From the sequence record PP100844.1: DNA of 32,000 nt; one strand, 5' to 3'. The notes beneath the pieces were generated by a model. The model searched no databases, had not been told where the DNA came from, and saw nothing but the letters and a program-made list of their open reading frames with translations. Every line of letters begins with the position of its first letter. The stretch's first letter is position 1. Source of the stretch: Burkholderia phage vB_BpP_HN04. Below are positions 1-10,600 of the stretch, one piece after another. The translations under genes and the position numbers were made by a program.

Positions 1-1
1 T

Positions 2-118
2 AAGGAAGCATTGCCCACGTGGAAACGTGGTATGGGTCGTTACTTCGCAGAAAAATTCGGCGTGGGTGACACAGCAATATCTGAAATCAAACGCGGCAAT
101 ACGTGGAGACACCTATGA
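2..118 (+). CDS. 3' end of an upstream ORF (5' end outside the window) with a helix-turn-helix-like C-terminus
   Basis: Frame 2 is open from the window edge to TGA at 116-118. The translated tail is KEALPTWKRGMGRYFAEKFGVGDTAISEIKRGNTWRHL. This resembles the C-terminal HTH endings of phage homing-endonuclease or sigma-region-4-like DNA binders. The stop overlaps the next ATG (ATGA), suggesting translational coupling. Confidence 0.4.
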   Translation, partial: KEALPTWKRGMGRYFAEKFGVGDTAISEIKRGNTWRHL

Positions 119-678
119 TCGTATGTGGCCTCGATCCAAGTTTACGAAATTGGGGGATAGCCTATGGTTGGCTAGACCTCAATACCGGCGAGTTAACAGA
201 CCTTCACTTGGATGTGATTCAGGTGAAGGACGACACTTCCAAGCAGGTTCGGAAGAACTCGAAGGATCTCCATATCGCCCAATCTCTGTTTGAGGGCGTA
301 CTTCCTTATGCCAAGGAAGCGAAGTTCATCTTCGTGGAAGTTCCGATTGGCTCCCAGTCAGCGAGAGCGATGGCATCGTATGGCATTTGTGTTGGTGTCC
401 TTGGTTCCTTGCGTGCAAGCGGCTACACGCTCGTTGAGGTAACTCCCAGCGAGGTGAAGATGGCTTTCACCGGTGATAAGGAAGCATCGAAGCACAAGAT
501 GATTACGGCAGCTATGTCGTACTACCCGGACACAAACTGGCCCATGCAATTGCAGAAGGGTGTGAATCGGGTCATCGAGTCCAAGGCAGAGCACATGGCT
601 GATGCCATCGCCTCCATCCATGCAGGGGTGCAAACACCTCTGTTCACCCAGACCTTGCAGGTCTTGAAAGGAATGTGA
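115..678 (+). CDS. RuvC-fold (RNase H-like) Holliday junction resolvase / crossover junction endonuclease
   Basis: The ORF track starts at GTG 103, but ATG 115 follows GGAG (105-108) at good spacing. MIVCGLDPSLRNWG (early Asp), FIFVEVP (Glu) and EHMADAIASIH (His/Asp) follow the RuvC catalytic layout. Length is 187 aa. Confidence 0.6.
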   Translation: MIVCGLDPSLRNWGIAYGWLDLNTGELTDLHLDVIQVKDDTSKQVRKNSKDLHIAQSLFEGVLPYAKEAKFIFVEVPIGSQSARAMASYGICVGVLGSLRASGYTLVEVTPSEVKMAFTGDKEASKHKMITAAMSYYPDTNWPMQLQKGVNRVIESKAEHMADAIASIHAGVQTPLFTQTLQVLKGM

Positions 679-681
679 TCC

Positions 682-1473
682 ATGCAGATCATCTACAACG
701 CAGCAGAACTCGCAGCAATCGTGGAGCGTAACCTTCGCATGAAGTTCGGTGTCCCGGACGGTCAAGGCGAAGGCGATATCCATGTCCAATTCGCGATCGT
801 CGATGGCGAAACGAAAGCATTCGTCGGTGTCGGTGAGTTCCCGACCGTGCCGCAGAACACGCTGGCACCGTGGGAAGATCGTACCCATGTGTCGATCGGT
901 GTCGATCACGGCAAGTCGATGTCGGAGACGGTGGCCAGCCTCAGCACGTCGCTGAGTACGACTGAACCGCAACGTCGTACCCGTCGAACCAAGGCCGAGA
1001 TGGAAGCTTTCCGCCAGCAACAACAGGCGGAAGCTGAAGCGAAGCAGGCCGAAACGGGAAACGAATCCGAGGTTTCGAAGAGTGGCGACGACGCCTCGAA
1101 GCAATCCCAAGCCACCGATGCGAACCAGCAGCAGGAAGCTGGATCCGAACAGGCTGGATCCGATGGTGAGCAGGTGAAGGGTGACGCACAGGAGCAGCCA
1201 ACGTATACCCCGGCCGCTGAAGTGCCGATCGCTGATCCGAACGACACGCCTCCGGCACAACCGGATGAAGGTTCGACGGGAAACGCCCCCGTGGAATCGA
1301 CTTCGCAGCAAGAAGGCACGCAAGTACCGACCGCTCCGCGAGTCTCGCTGTTCGCCAAGAACAAGCCCGACGCGTCGACGACTGGTACGGCTGGTGCCCA
1401 AGTTTCGGGTGACGCACCGCCTGCATCGCCCCGTCCAAGCCTGTTCGCAGGTCTTAACAAGAACGCTGGCTAA
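682..1473 (+). CDS. N4 SSB-like protein (probable single-stranded DNA-binding protein / late transcription co-activator) with a disordered acidic, Pro/Gln-rich C-terminal half
   Basis: ATG 682 follows AAAGGAA. It is the last sizeable rightward gene before the convergent virion RNAP gene, which is the position of the SSB gene in N4, and it is of similar size. The N-terminal ~90 aa look globular; the rest is low complexity. The function is assigned by synteny, not by a recognised motif. Confidence 0.5.
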   Translation: MQIIYNAAELAAIVERNLRMKFGVPDGQGEGDIHVQFAIVDGETKAFVGVGEFPTVPQNTLAPWEDRTHVSIGVDHGKSMSETVASLSTSLSTTEPQRRTRRTKAEMEAFRQQQQAEAEAKQAETGNESEVSKSGDDASKQSQATDANQQQEAGSEQAGSDGEQVKGDAQEQPTYTPAAEVPIADPNDTPPAQPDEGSTGNAPVESTSQQEGTQVPTAPRVSLFAKNKPDASTTGTAGAQVSGDAPPASPRPSLFAGLNKNAG

Positions 1474-1620
1474 ATGGTAAGAGCCCTACTTTGTGGGGCT
1501 TTGCTGTTGGTCGTTGTAAGCGTGATTGCGACGGCCATCACCATCATAGCCCCGTACGTAGCGATCGTTGCCGTACTGGCTGTCCTGATTTGGTGGCTAG
1601 GTAGCACACCTGAGAAGTAA
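1474..1620 (+). CDS. 48-aa hydrophobic membrane peptide (missing from the ORF track, below its size cutoff)
   Basis: ATG directly follows the SSB-like stop (TAAATG). The product is MVRALLCGALLLVVVSVIATAITIIAPYVAIVAVLAVLIWWLGSTPEK. It fills the whole gap up to the terminator. About 40 consecutive hydrophobic residues suggest one long or two short TM helices. Confidence 0.45.
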   Translation: MVRALLCGALLLVVVSVIATAITIIAPYVAIVAVLAVLIWWLGSTPEK

Positions 1621-1622
1621 CG

Positions 1623-1653
1623 AAGCCCCATCCGTAATTGGATGGGGCTTTTT
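1623..1653. terminator. Bidirectional intrinsic terminator at the convergence of the rightward and leftward transcription units
   Basis: An 11-bp stem pairs AAGCCCCATCC (1623-1633) with GGATGGGGCTT (1640-1650) around a 6-nt loop. TTTTT follows on the + strand and a T-rich tract (TTACTTCT) follows on the - strand. It lies between the stop at 1618-1620 (+) and the stop at 1659-1661 (-). Confidence 0.8.
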
Positions 1654-1658
1654 AAATG

Positions 1659-4600
1659 TTAGTTAATGACGCTTGCCCACGGATTCAGCATCGGTGCATG
1701 GAACAACTGGCCGGGGCCAGCTGCGTAACCAAGAGTGCCATTGGCCATCTTGGAGAAGAAGTTGTCACCAGTCGGCAGACCAACACCACCGAACACATGG
1801 GGCACCGGAACCAAGGAAGCCAGAAGCGTATGCACTGGATTGTTACGGATCATGCTGACTGCTTGCTTCGTCGAGCGGAGCTTGAAGTTCATGAACCAGA
1901 GCAGGCCCATTTGCTCCAAGTACCCACGGTTACGTCCCGGCAGGCGATCGTAGTTAACGAACTCTTCCGAGATTTGGCCCAGAGCTTTCTCTTTCGACCA
2001 TCCCTTCTTCTGCGTCAGGTGATCGAACAAGATGGCTTTACCGAGGAAATCGCCGTACTCAACCATCTTCTGGAGGCCCGTGTACAGGGCAGTATCCTTG
2101 GAGACGATTGCGTACTTACCGACAGTCTTAGCACCTTCCGGAAGGCGATCAACCAGACCTTCCACATACGAACGCCATTTACCCGATGCCAGCTTTACAT
2201 CATCCGGCATCATATCCGTAGCATGCGAGATACCCGAGAACTCACCAGCTTCGATCAGGGGAGCGATCGACATACGCTTGAAGCTGTCGTTGATCGATTG
2301 GATCTCAGCTTGCAGCTTGGTGCGTTGGTTACGGTCAGTAGCAGCAACCAGTTCAGCCTCTGCCTCAACGATACGCGTACGACCCTTCACGTATTCGTTG
2401 ATCTCATTCGTCTTAGCCGGGATAGCACCGATGGCAGTCTTGAACGGAACACCACGGCCAACCAGTTGAAGAATGTTCGACATAGCGTTGGCGACCGGTA
2501 CGATGACAGACTTGACAACGATCGTCGACTTAGCTTCACCGACCACGTTCTTCACAAACTTCTCGGCATTGGTGAACACCTTGTACGCATCAAGACCAAT
2601 CGCACCGATGAGAGCACGCTTGACAGTATCTTGCGTCTCTTGGCTCCAACGCGAGTTGCCAGTCCATGCGTCACCAACCGACGCTTGGCGATAGCCAAGT
2701 GCATCGTTCAGCATGTCACGGCGAACCTTGAAGCCGTCCGGGAAGCGATCAGCGATCAGGGTACGCATCTCACCCGAGATCAGCTTTGCAGCATCACGGA
2801 GAACCGGATCCTTGGACGAGAACACATCTTCGTACTGGTTCTCGTTGCGTGAGTCTGCCTTGATGTCAGCTTCGTACATGTCAGCCAGCTTGCCGATCAG
2901 AGCTTCGTTATATACCTTGGCTCGGACTTCTTCAACTTGACGACCAGCCCACTGGCCCATGCTCTTGGCAAGGTTACGTTCCGGGTTCAGCTTGCTCATC
3001 ATTTCCGGATCGATGGAACGCTCGTATGCAACCACCGTGCCGTTTTCCGAGTAGACCGGGAGCAGAGGCTCTTTGGTTTGACCTTCGTTGGCGTAACCAC
3101 GGGTGATCGCAGCAACCTCGTTGCGATCCGTGATACGGCCAGCCAGCAGTTGAGTCGAGTAACCGGTGACAGCATCAACACCCGATGCCGTGCTACGGAC
3201 GTTCTGGAACAGACCTTGGTCGAATGCTGCACGACCCTGCACCGGTGCGAAGTAGTAGCCCTTCTTCTGCACCACGTCAGCCGACGAACCCTTGTACGAA
3301 CCAATACGCTTATGGCTCATCTCAGACCACTTCGTATGTTCGCTGTCCGGTGCAACTTGCAGCGACAGTCCTTGTTGACCATTCTCCGGCGACCAACCCT
3401 TGTAGTGGTTGATCAGAGCAGCCGACGTTTCTGCGACACGGATGCTCTCGTCTTTACGCAGACCCTTCAGGTAGTTCAGGGAGAAGTCCATACCATCCGA
3501 CTCCGAACCAACCAGCGAAGCGAGATCAGTCTTAGCCGATGCCGATTGCTGATCAAGTGCGTAGAGCGTAACCAGATGGTCGATCTCACGTTGAGCCGCA
3601 CGATCCGAAACCTTCAGGTTCTTCGTCTTCTCACCGAACATCTTCGAGATGGCGTAGGAGTTACGAAGCAGATTGTGACCAGCTTCACCCGTCACCATGA
3701 ACTTAGCAAGCTGTTGCATCTTCGCTTGCTTAGCACCCCAGTTAGCCGGGTCATGTGCTTGGATCGATGCCTCAAGGTTGTTGATGCGTGCATCGATCTC
3801 AGCTTGGGAGCCAAGAAGCTTACGCACGTCTTCAACCGAGTTGCCGTCGAGCAACGAAGCGATGTCCGTCTTGGCCATGCCTTCATGCAGCGTCTTCCAT
3901 TCACCTTCCGTCAACTCACGGGTGAACTTCGAAGCGATGATGTTTGGCACTTGCTCACGGTAGATCTGGCGAGTCGCTTGGATGTTCGACTTAACCAGCT
4001 TGATCAGATCGATCACGCTGGAGTTGGACTCCGTACGACCAACCAAGTCATTCATGATGGAGCGCAGACCGTCATGAAGCTTCGTCGTGTTCAGGTGTGC
4101 ATTCAGTCCTTCAGCAAGGATCTTGCCACGTTGTTCCGTAGCAAGGCCGAGCGTCAGACGACCAACCTTGTAGACCGTCTTGGCAAGGTTGCTGTTCGAC
4201 TGCGATTCCAGTTGACCGAGCTTGTCGATACCCGCTTCCGAGTATTCCGAGATCATCTCAACCAGTCGATCGTTCGCGTTGTCGAGGAACGAATGTGCCT
4301 TGTCCGACGAGTTCTGGATGAACGAGTTTTCGTCCTGCGTGATGTCCATCAGGCGATCATGCAGTGCATCCATAGCAGCCGGGACAGTACGAGCGTCCTT
4401 GGTTCCCGTCAGGCGACGCGACAGTGCATCCATCACACCGTAACCGATGTTCTCGATCAGGCGATCCGGGCTACGGGTAGCATCCGACTTCTTGGAACCC
4501 GGCATACCGATCTTAGCCAGAGCTTTACGAGCATCCGGGTTCGTCAGAGCCAAGCCCATAAACACTGAGAGGTTCGTGCTGCGACCCGATGCGTCCGTCT

Positions 4601-7600
4601 GACCAACCGTACGGCCAAGGAGTGCATTGAACTTGGCATTGGCAGGCGTGAACAGGTTCGTATGCTGTGAGTCTTCCGGGTTGTCTAGGAAGTGCTCAAC
4701 CGTCAGGTTCTTCGCCACGTGAGCGAAATACTCTTGAGCCTTGGCCATCACGCTCGGATCGAAGTTGGCTTCAGTAGCCATAGCAGCAACGATGCGACGG
4801 AACGTGCCAGCTTCTTGCATAGTCATCGGGAACACTGCTTCCACTTCGTTCGAGACTGCCACAGCCTTCGCCACTGCCTCACGAACGTTGCCCTTTGCAA
4901 CCACTTGCAGGGGAGCGTTCTTCACGTAGTCCGTGATCTTGCGGGTGAACGTGTTACGTACTTCCGTGAGACGGTCATCCGTACCGAACACACGTGACTG
5001 GAACAGCGTCGACTGAGCAGCTTGAGAGTTCAGAGTCGGCTCCGAGTTCATCAGGATGGCCGAGTTGAACAGCAGGTGCGAGAACATGTCCGTACCCGGC
5101 TTCGGTTCCGGCAGAGCCTTCCGACCCCACACCAGTTGTTTGATCGCAGCGATAGCAGCCTTCGCCACAGCGACCAGACCCTTGGCCTCGGTCTTACCCG
5201 TCACAGCAGCCAGTTCCTTGTTCGACAGACCCCATGCCATGAACTCGTTCAGACCAGCAGCCTTACGGGTGTTCACGTCATATGCCGGGTTGTTCAATGC
5301 AGCTTCGATCGATGCTTGAGCATTACGGAACGACTCATACGTCTTGGAATCCGTCGAGAACGACTCTTCCATCCCACGGAATTGATCCATGAGAGTTTCG
5401 AGATTGCCGATGGCTTGGCTCACTACCGGCGACGACTGACCGTTGTAGTGCGATTGCACCTTATCGAACGTGGCAGCATGCACCATTTCGTGCAGTAGGT
5501 TCTCTGCCGTACCTTCCGTCGAGACGATCACCTTGTTGGCCGTATCCGTAAAGCCTGCCGTGTTCTGGTCGAGCTTTGCAGCCAGTTCCGGCGAGTAGGC
5601 ACGAATCTGTTCCGGCGTACCGACCAGCACCTTGTAACCCTTGGCAGCTTCACTGCGTTGGATTTCACGGAGCAGGTTCGTTTGGATCGTGTCGAGGTTG
5701 TTCGACTTGGCGAGTTGACCCAGTGCCGTGTACGAAAGCACACGAACACCCGACTTGTCTTCACGACCGAGGTTCGAGAGATCCATCTTCTCAACCGGAG
5801 CAGCAGCTTCTTTCTTGCTGTCGAGCTTCGCACGTTCTTCAGCGTAGATCTCGTTCAGGCGGGCAAGCTTCTGTTCTGCCGTACCAACCAGCGATTCCTT
5901 GGACGTGACACGGTACGGAGCACCAGCACCAGCCATCTGATCCATGGAGATATTCAGACGATCGATAGTCTTGTGACGTGCTTCAGCATCCTTCCAGCCC
6001 AAGTCCAATTCGTTCTGAAGCAGAGTCAGTTGAGCATGCAGCATCTCAGGCGACGGCGTTTCCTTCGTACCGAGGCCATTAAGGGCTTGGTTCAGTTGGT
6101 TGTACATGTCCGAACCTTCCACGATCATGTCCGGCGTCATGTTGTCCATGAACTTGCTGAAGGAGTCATACACAGCCTTCAGCGGGTTGCCTTGCCACGA
6201 ATCGTAGACAGCCTTGTTCGCCACTTCCGAACCCTGTCGGATTTGATCCAAGGGGAAGTGCACACCGTCGAAGATTGGGAGCGTACCCTTCGGCATCTTC
6301 GGATCGTTGTACATGTTCTGGATCATCTTGCCATCACCCATACCGATGTTCAGGAACGGGATACCAGCCACACCACTGTCAGCAGGGCCATAGACGAAAC
6401 CCGGAGTACGGAAACGATCATCGAGACCCTTACCGAGAACCGACGACTGCACTTCCGAGTTCTGAGAACCGGAGATGAAGAAGCGTTGGCCGTTCGAGTC
6501 GATCATCGGAGCGTACTTGTCCAGCGACTTGAGCACTTCAGCTTGTTCGTTCTGGCTCAGGAATTCCGTCTTCTTACGGCCAGCAGCAACCACTTCATCC
6601 AGCTTGGTGTTGATGGCTTGCTTGAAGAGTTCACCGAGGACGATCGACTGAGCTTGCGTAGCCTTGCGAACCATCTCTGCCGAGCCCATGACCGAGTCAC
6701 CCACCGTCGTGTTGATGGCAGCACGAAGCGGATCGACGAACAGCTTACGCATGTTCTTCGTCATGTTGGCTTTCTGGTTCTTGCCGAACGTAAAGGTTTC
6801 AAAGTTGGTGATCGGATTGTGCTCCGATGCTTCCTTCTTACCGTACCAGCCCTTCTTGCCCTGCTGGAGCGTGTTCTCGCTCAGATAGTTCACTGCATCG
6901 TTGAATGCAGCCCACTTGGCTTCACCACCTTCACCGAACATGGCTTCAGCCATCGACAGCTTGGAGTCGTTCGCTTGGGCTTGCAGGGCTTCCGACATGG
7001 CTTCGTAGATGTTCGTGTGGAGAGCTTCCACCATCTTCGCAGCAATACCTTCTGCACCCGAACCATAGACGGTAATCGTCAGCGGGTTCTTGGCGATACC
7101 ACGGGACAGTTCCAGCTTGCCATCCTTGATATCGTAGTCGGACATGAACATGTCCATCAGCGTCGAGAAGTGGCTATTGAATACCGAGCCTTCGCCTTGC
7201 AGCGTTTGAGCCAAGTCAGCCAGATTGCCCTTCAGCACGTCAGTCGTTGCTTGGTACAGATCCTTGCTATCCACCGTCGAGCGATAGACTTGCGAATTCT
7301 GGTCTTCCGTACCACCAAAGAAGAAGCCACCCTTGGCCAAGTTGTCGATCTGACCTTGCGTGAAGGAGCCACGGGACAGCAGGCCCATAGCGTTGATCGG
7401 GCCATTGGTCATACCGTCAGCTTCCATGTATTTCGTCGTCACGAATGCTTGCGGATCGTTCGTTTCCAGCGAGCGTGCGTGTTCGAGCAGTGCATGGAGA
7501 TACACCGGAGCTTGACCCTTAACAGCGTCGATCAGGACATCAGCCGAGAAGTCTTGGTTGTTGAGGAACTTACGCAGTTCTTCGATAGCCGGAGCATTCT

Positions 7601-10600
7601 TCGCCAGTTCAGCAGCGAGCTTGTTCTCCATTGCTTCACGTTGCATGTTGTGGATCTTCACACCCAGAGCTTGAGCCAAGCCAAGATCGAAGGCATGACG
7701 ATCTGCATCATCAGTCAGGTCGAGAGTCGCACGGTTCGGAAGCAGGACTTCACGAGCAGTCTTGGCTGCTTGCGGGCCATACTTGCCAAGTTGTTGCAGA
7801 CGACCAACACGCGACATGTTGAAGGCGTAGTTCACCGGAACCTGATCTTCAGGGATACCGTTCTCTTCAGCATAGCGACGGACTTCAGCCATCGTTTGAT
7901 CCAGTTGAACCAGAGCACCCATAGTGGTGATGTTCTGGCCATCGAGGGTCGCACGATGATTGACGTTCAGGGGCGTATTACGAATGTCCCCAGCAGCGAA
8001 CATTTCCATCAGACGATCACCCAGCGACTCGTACAGACGATAGACATTCGAGTCTGCGTAGTACGGGGTCTCTTGGTTCGCTTTGATGGCTTTCATATCC
8101 TGTGCCGTATTCTGCACAGCTTGGTTACGCATCTGCGTCTTGGCAACCGGCACTTCCGTGTTGATGTACACCGGACGTTCCGTCTTCACACCAACCGAGT
8201 CAGCGATAGCAGACGGCATCTGGTTGATCGCATTTTCCTTGTCGATCGAGTTCACCGTAATACGGACGAAGTCCTTCGGGCCACCATCAACCGACAGGTT
8301 GATCGTGTTCACTTCGATGTGACCGGTCGCTTCCATAGCCGACAGGAGTTCAGCAGCCATCGACAAGGGAATACCCTTAGTGTAGCCATCCGGGGCAGCA
8401 TTGTTCGTTTGCAGACCCCAGAAGGTCGGCAGCAGTTGAGCCAAGGACTGAGTAGCTTCGAGAGCCGACATACCAGCAGACATCTGGTTGAACAGCTCAT
8501 CCGACACATCGGCTTCCTTCATGCCGAGCATCTGAGCAACATCGCTACGGTCAACGATCTGACCGTACAGGTTCGAGTTGGCGAACCAGTGCATAGCAGC
8601 CAGCGCCGAGTTCTGGATGATCTCCGGGTTGTACGTCAGCTTGCCACCGTTCTCTTCAACGAGGTTCAGAAGCTTGCCATCTGCCCACGTATGCACGTCT
8701 TCGCCTTGCATAAAGCGTGCACCAACCTTGTTCTTCTTCAGGAAGTTGGCGAGTTGGGTGTTCAGTTGGTCAACAACCAGACCAGCGTCATCCAGCAGAC
8801 GACCGAATTCCTTAGCCACTTCCTTCGGAAGCTTAGCCTTCAGATCAGCACGTACCGTATCGATCGGAGCTTCCGTACCGATGGTCGTGCTCTTGGCTTC
8901 CTTCGGCAGACGGAATGCTTCAACGAACTTGTTGCCACCTTGGGGAACTACGAGACCCGGATAGACGTGCTGGATCGAATCCTTCGGAGCAGCCGGATCA
9001 GTTGCCTTGGGATCGGACGTAACTTCAGAAGCTTGTTCAACAACCTTCGGAGCAGTTTCCGAGGTTGTAGCAGGCGTAACATCTTGTTGCGAATCAGATG
9101 CTTCCGACTTACGTGCGACAGTAGTCTTGGTATCCTTCGGGGAAATCGTTTCTTCCTTAACCGGTGCGGCTTCTTGCTGCACACCAGACTTGAACGACTC
9201 CACGACTTGCTTGGCATTGCCAGCAGTCAGACGAGCGTCCAAGGGAGCCTGAGCCATATGTTTGCCACCAAGTTGCGGGAAAGCATCCACCAGCGAGTTG
9301 TGAATATCCGTAAGCGTCTGAGCCTCTACGCCGACTCGCTGAGCCAGAGCAACCGAACGCTCGTTGTTCGTATTCACAAACATGCCATTACGGGACTTCA
9401 CCCAACCACGGTCGGCACTGCTGGACAAAGCCTCGTAGTGCACCGTCGAGTTCACACCCGGAACGGCCGTGTCGAGATGCTCATTGATCGCCCCGACTTT
9501 GTTCTGCATGTGTTGGACGAACTTCGAAAAGTCCGCAAGCTGGGCCGAGGCACCCTCGATATCACCTGCACGTACAGCATCGCGAATGATACGAGCATGT
9601 TGCAAGGCTGAGTACTGACCCGGCCCACGGCCGTCATCAGTCTTGATTTGCTTGCCCACTACGTCTTCCGGCTTCAGGCCGAGACGAGCAGTTTCCTCAT
9701 CCTGTACCTTGGCTCCATTCAGCAGAGCAGCAGCCGTACGGAGAGCATTGATCTGGGCATCCGACAGGTTCAGCTTACCGTCCTTGTTCTGCTTCAGGAT
9801 CGTAGCCACATCATCCGGGCTTGCCTTCAGGGGAGCGTTCTCAGCCACAGCAATGTGGTTGTTGATGTTTGCATCACCCAGAGTCGTACCGGCCTGACCA
9901 TCCGTAACCGGCTTCAGGTTATCAGCCACCTTCTCCGTGAGCGTCTCAGCAGTTCGTTGAGCACGTTGGATAGCCGGGGATTCGTTCAGGGATGAGATAA
10001 CATCAGCCACACCGTGTGCCATCTGCACAGCTGGGTGATCTGCCGGAAGACCTTCCAGAGCCTTGGGATTCGTCTGAACGAATTCGCTGATACCGTTCAG
10101 CGTCTGGTTCAGGATTGCACCCACATGGGCACGTTCCTCTTCCGAGTTCTTCGTGTCGTTGACAAACTGGCTCATCTTCTGGAGAGCGTCGACTTGGTTC
10201 GATGCACCATCCGTAGCACGAGACAGAACATCCGAACCAGCCACAGAAGCGGGGTCGAATTGGAATGCACCAGCCAGAGCATCCACGTGCTCTTGTGCAG
10301 CTTGCTTCTGTTCCGGGCTGAGTTCCGGTGCAGCTTGGATATCAGCCTTGGCCAGATCAGCTTGAACCGGCACTTCTTGTGCAACGGTAGCAGCAGCTTG
10401 CGAGACGTTCGTATCCGAGACAGGCGACTGTTCTTTAGCAGCAGCAATCTTCTTGTCGCCACGAGCAGCCAGCCAGTTGGTCAGAGCAGACGTGCCAGCA
10501 ACGAGAGGCTTGGTAGCTGCAATGGTTGCAGCCTTGCCCACCGTAGCAGCCTTGCCAGCCAGTTGTGCACCAACACCCGGAGCTTGGGTGAGACCAGCAG

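Noticed and set aside
27-1480. Alternative-frame ORFs overlapping the resolvase and SSB-like genes (27-293 +, 358-1401 -, 749-955 +, 906-1460 -, 941-1438 -, 1181-1480 +).
   Set aside because: They overlap frames that have good starts, RBSs and a recognisable RuvC layout. Their products are Arg/Ser/Cys-rich, typical of off-frame translation of a moderately GC-rich sequence.
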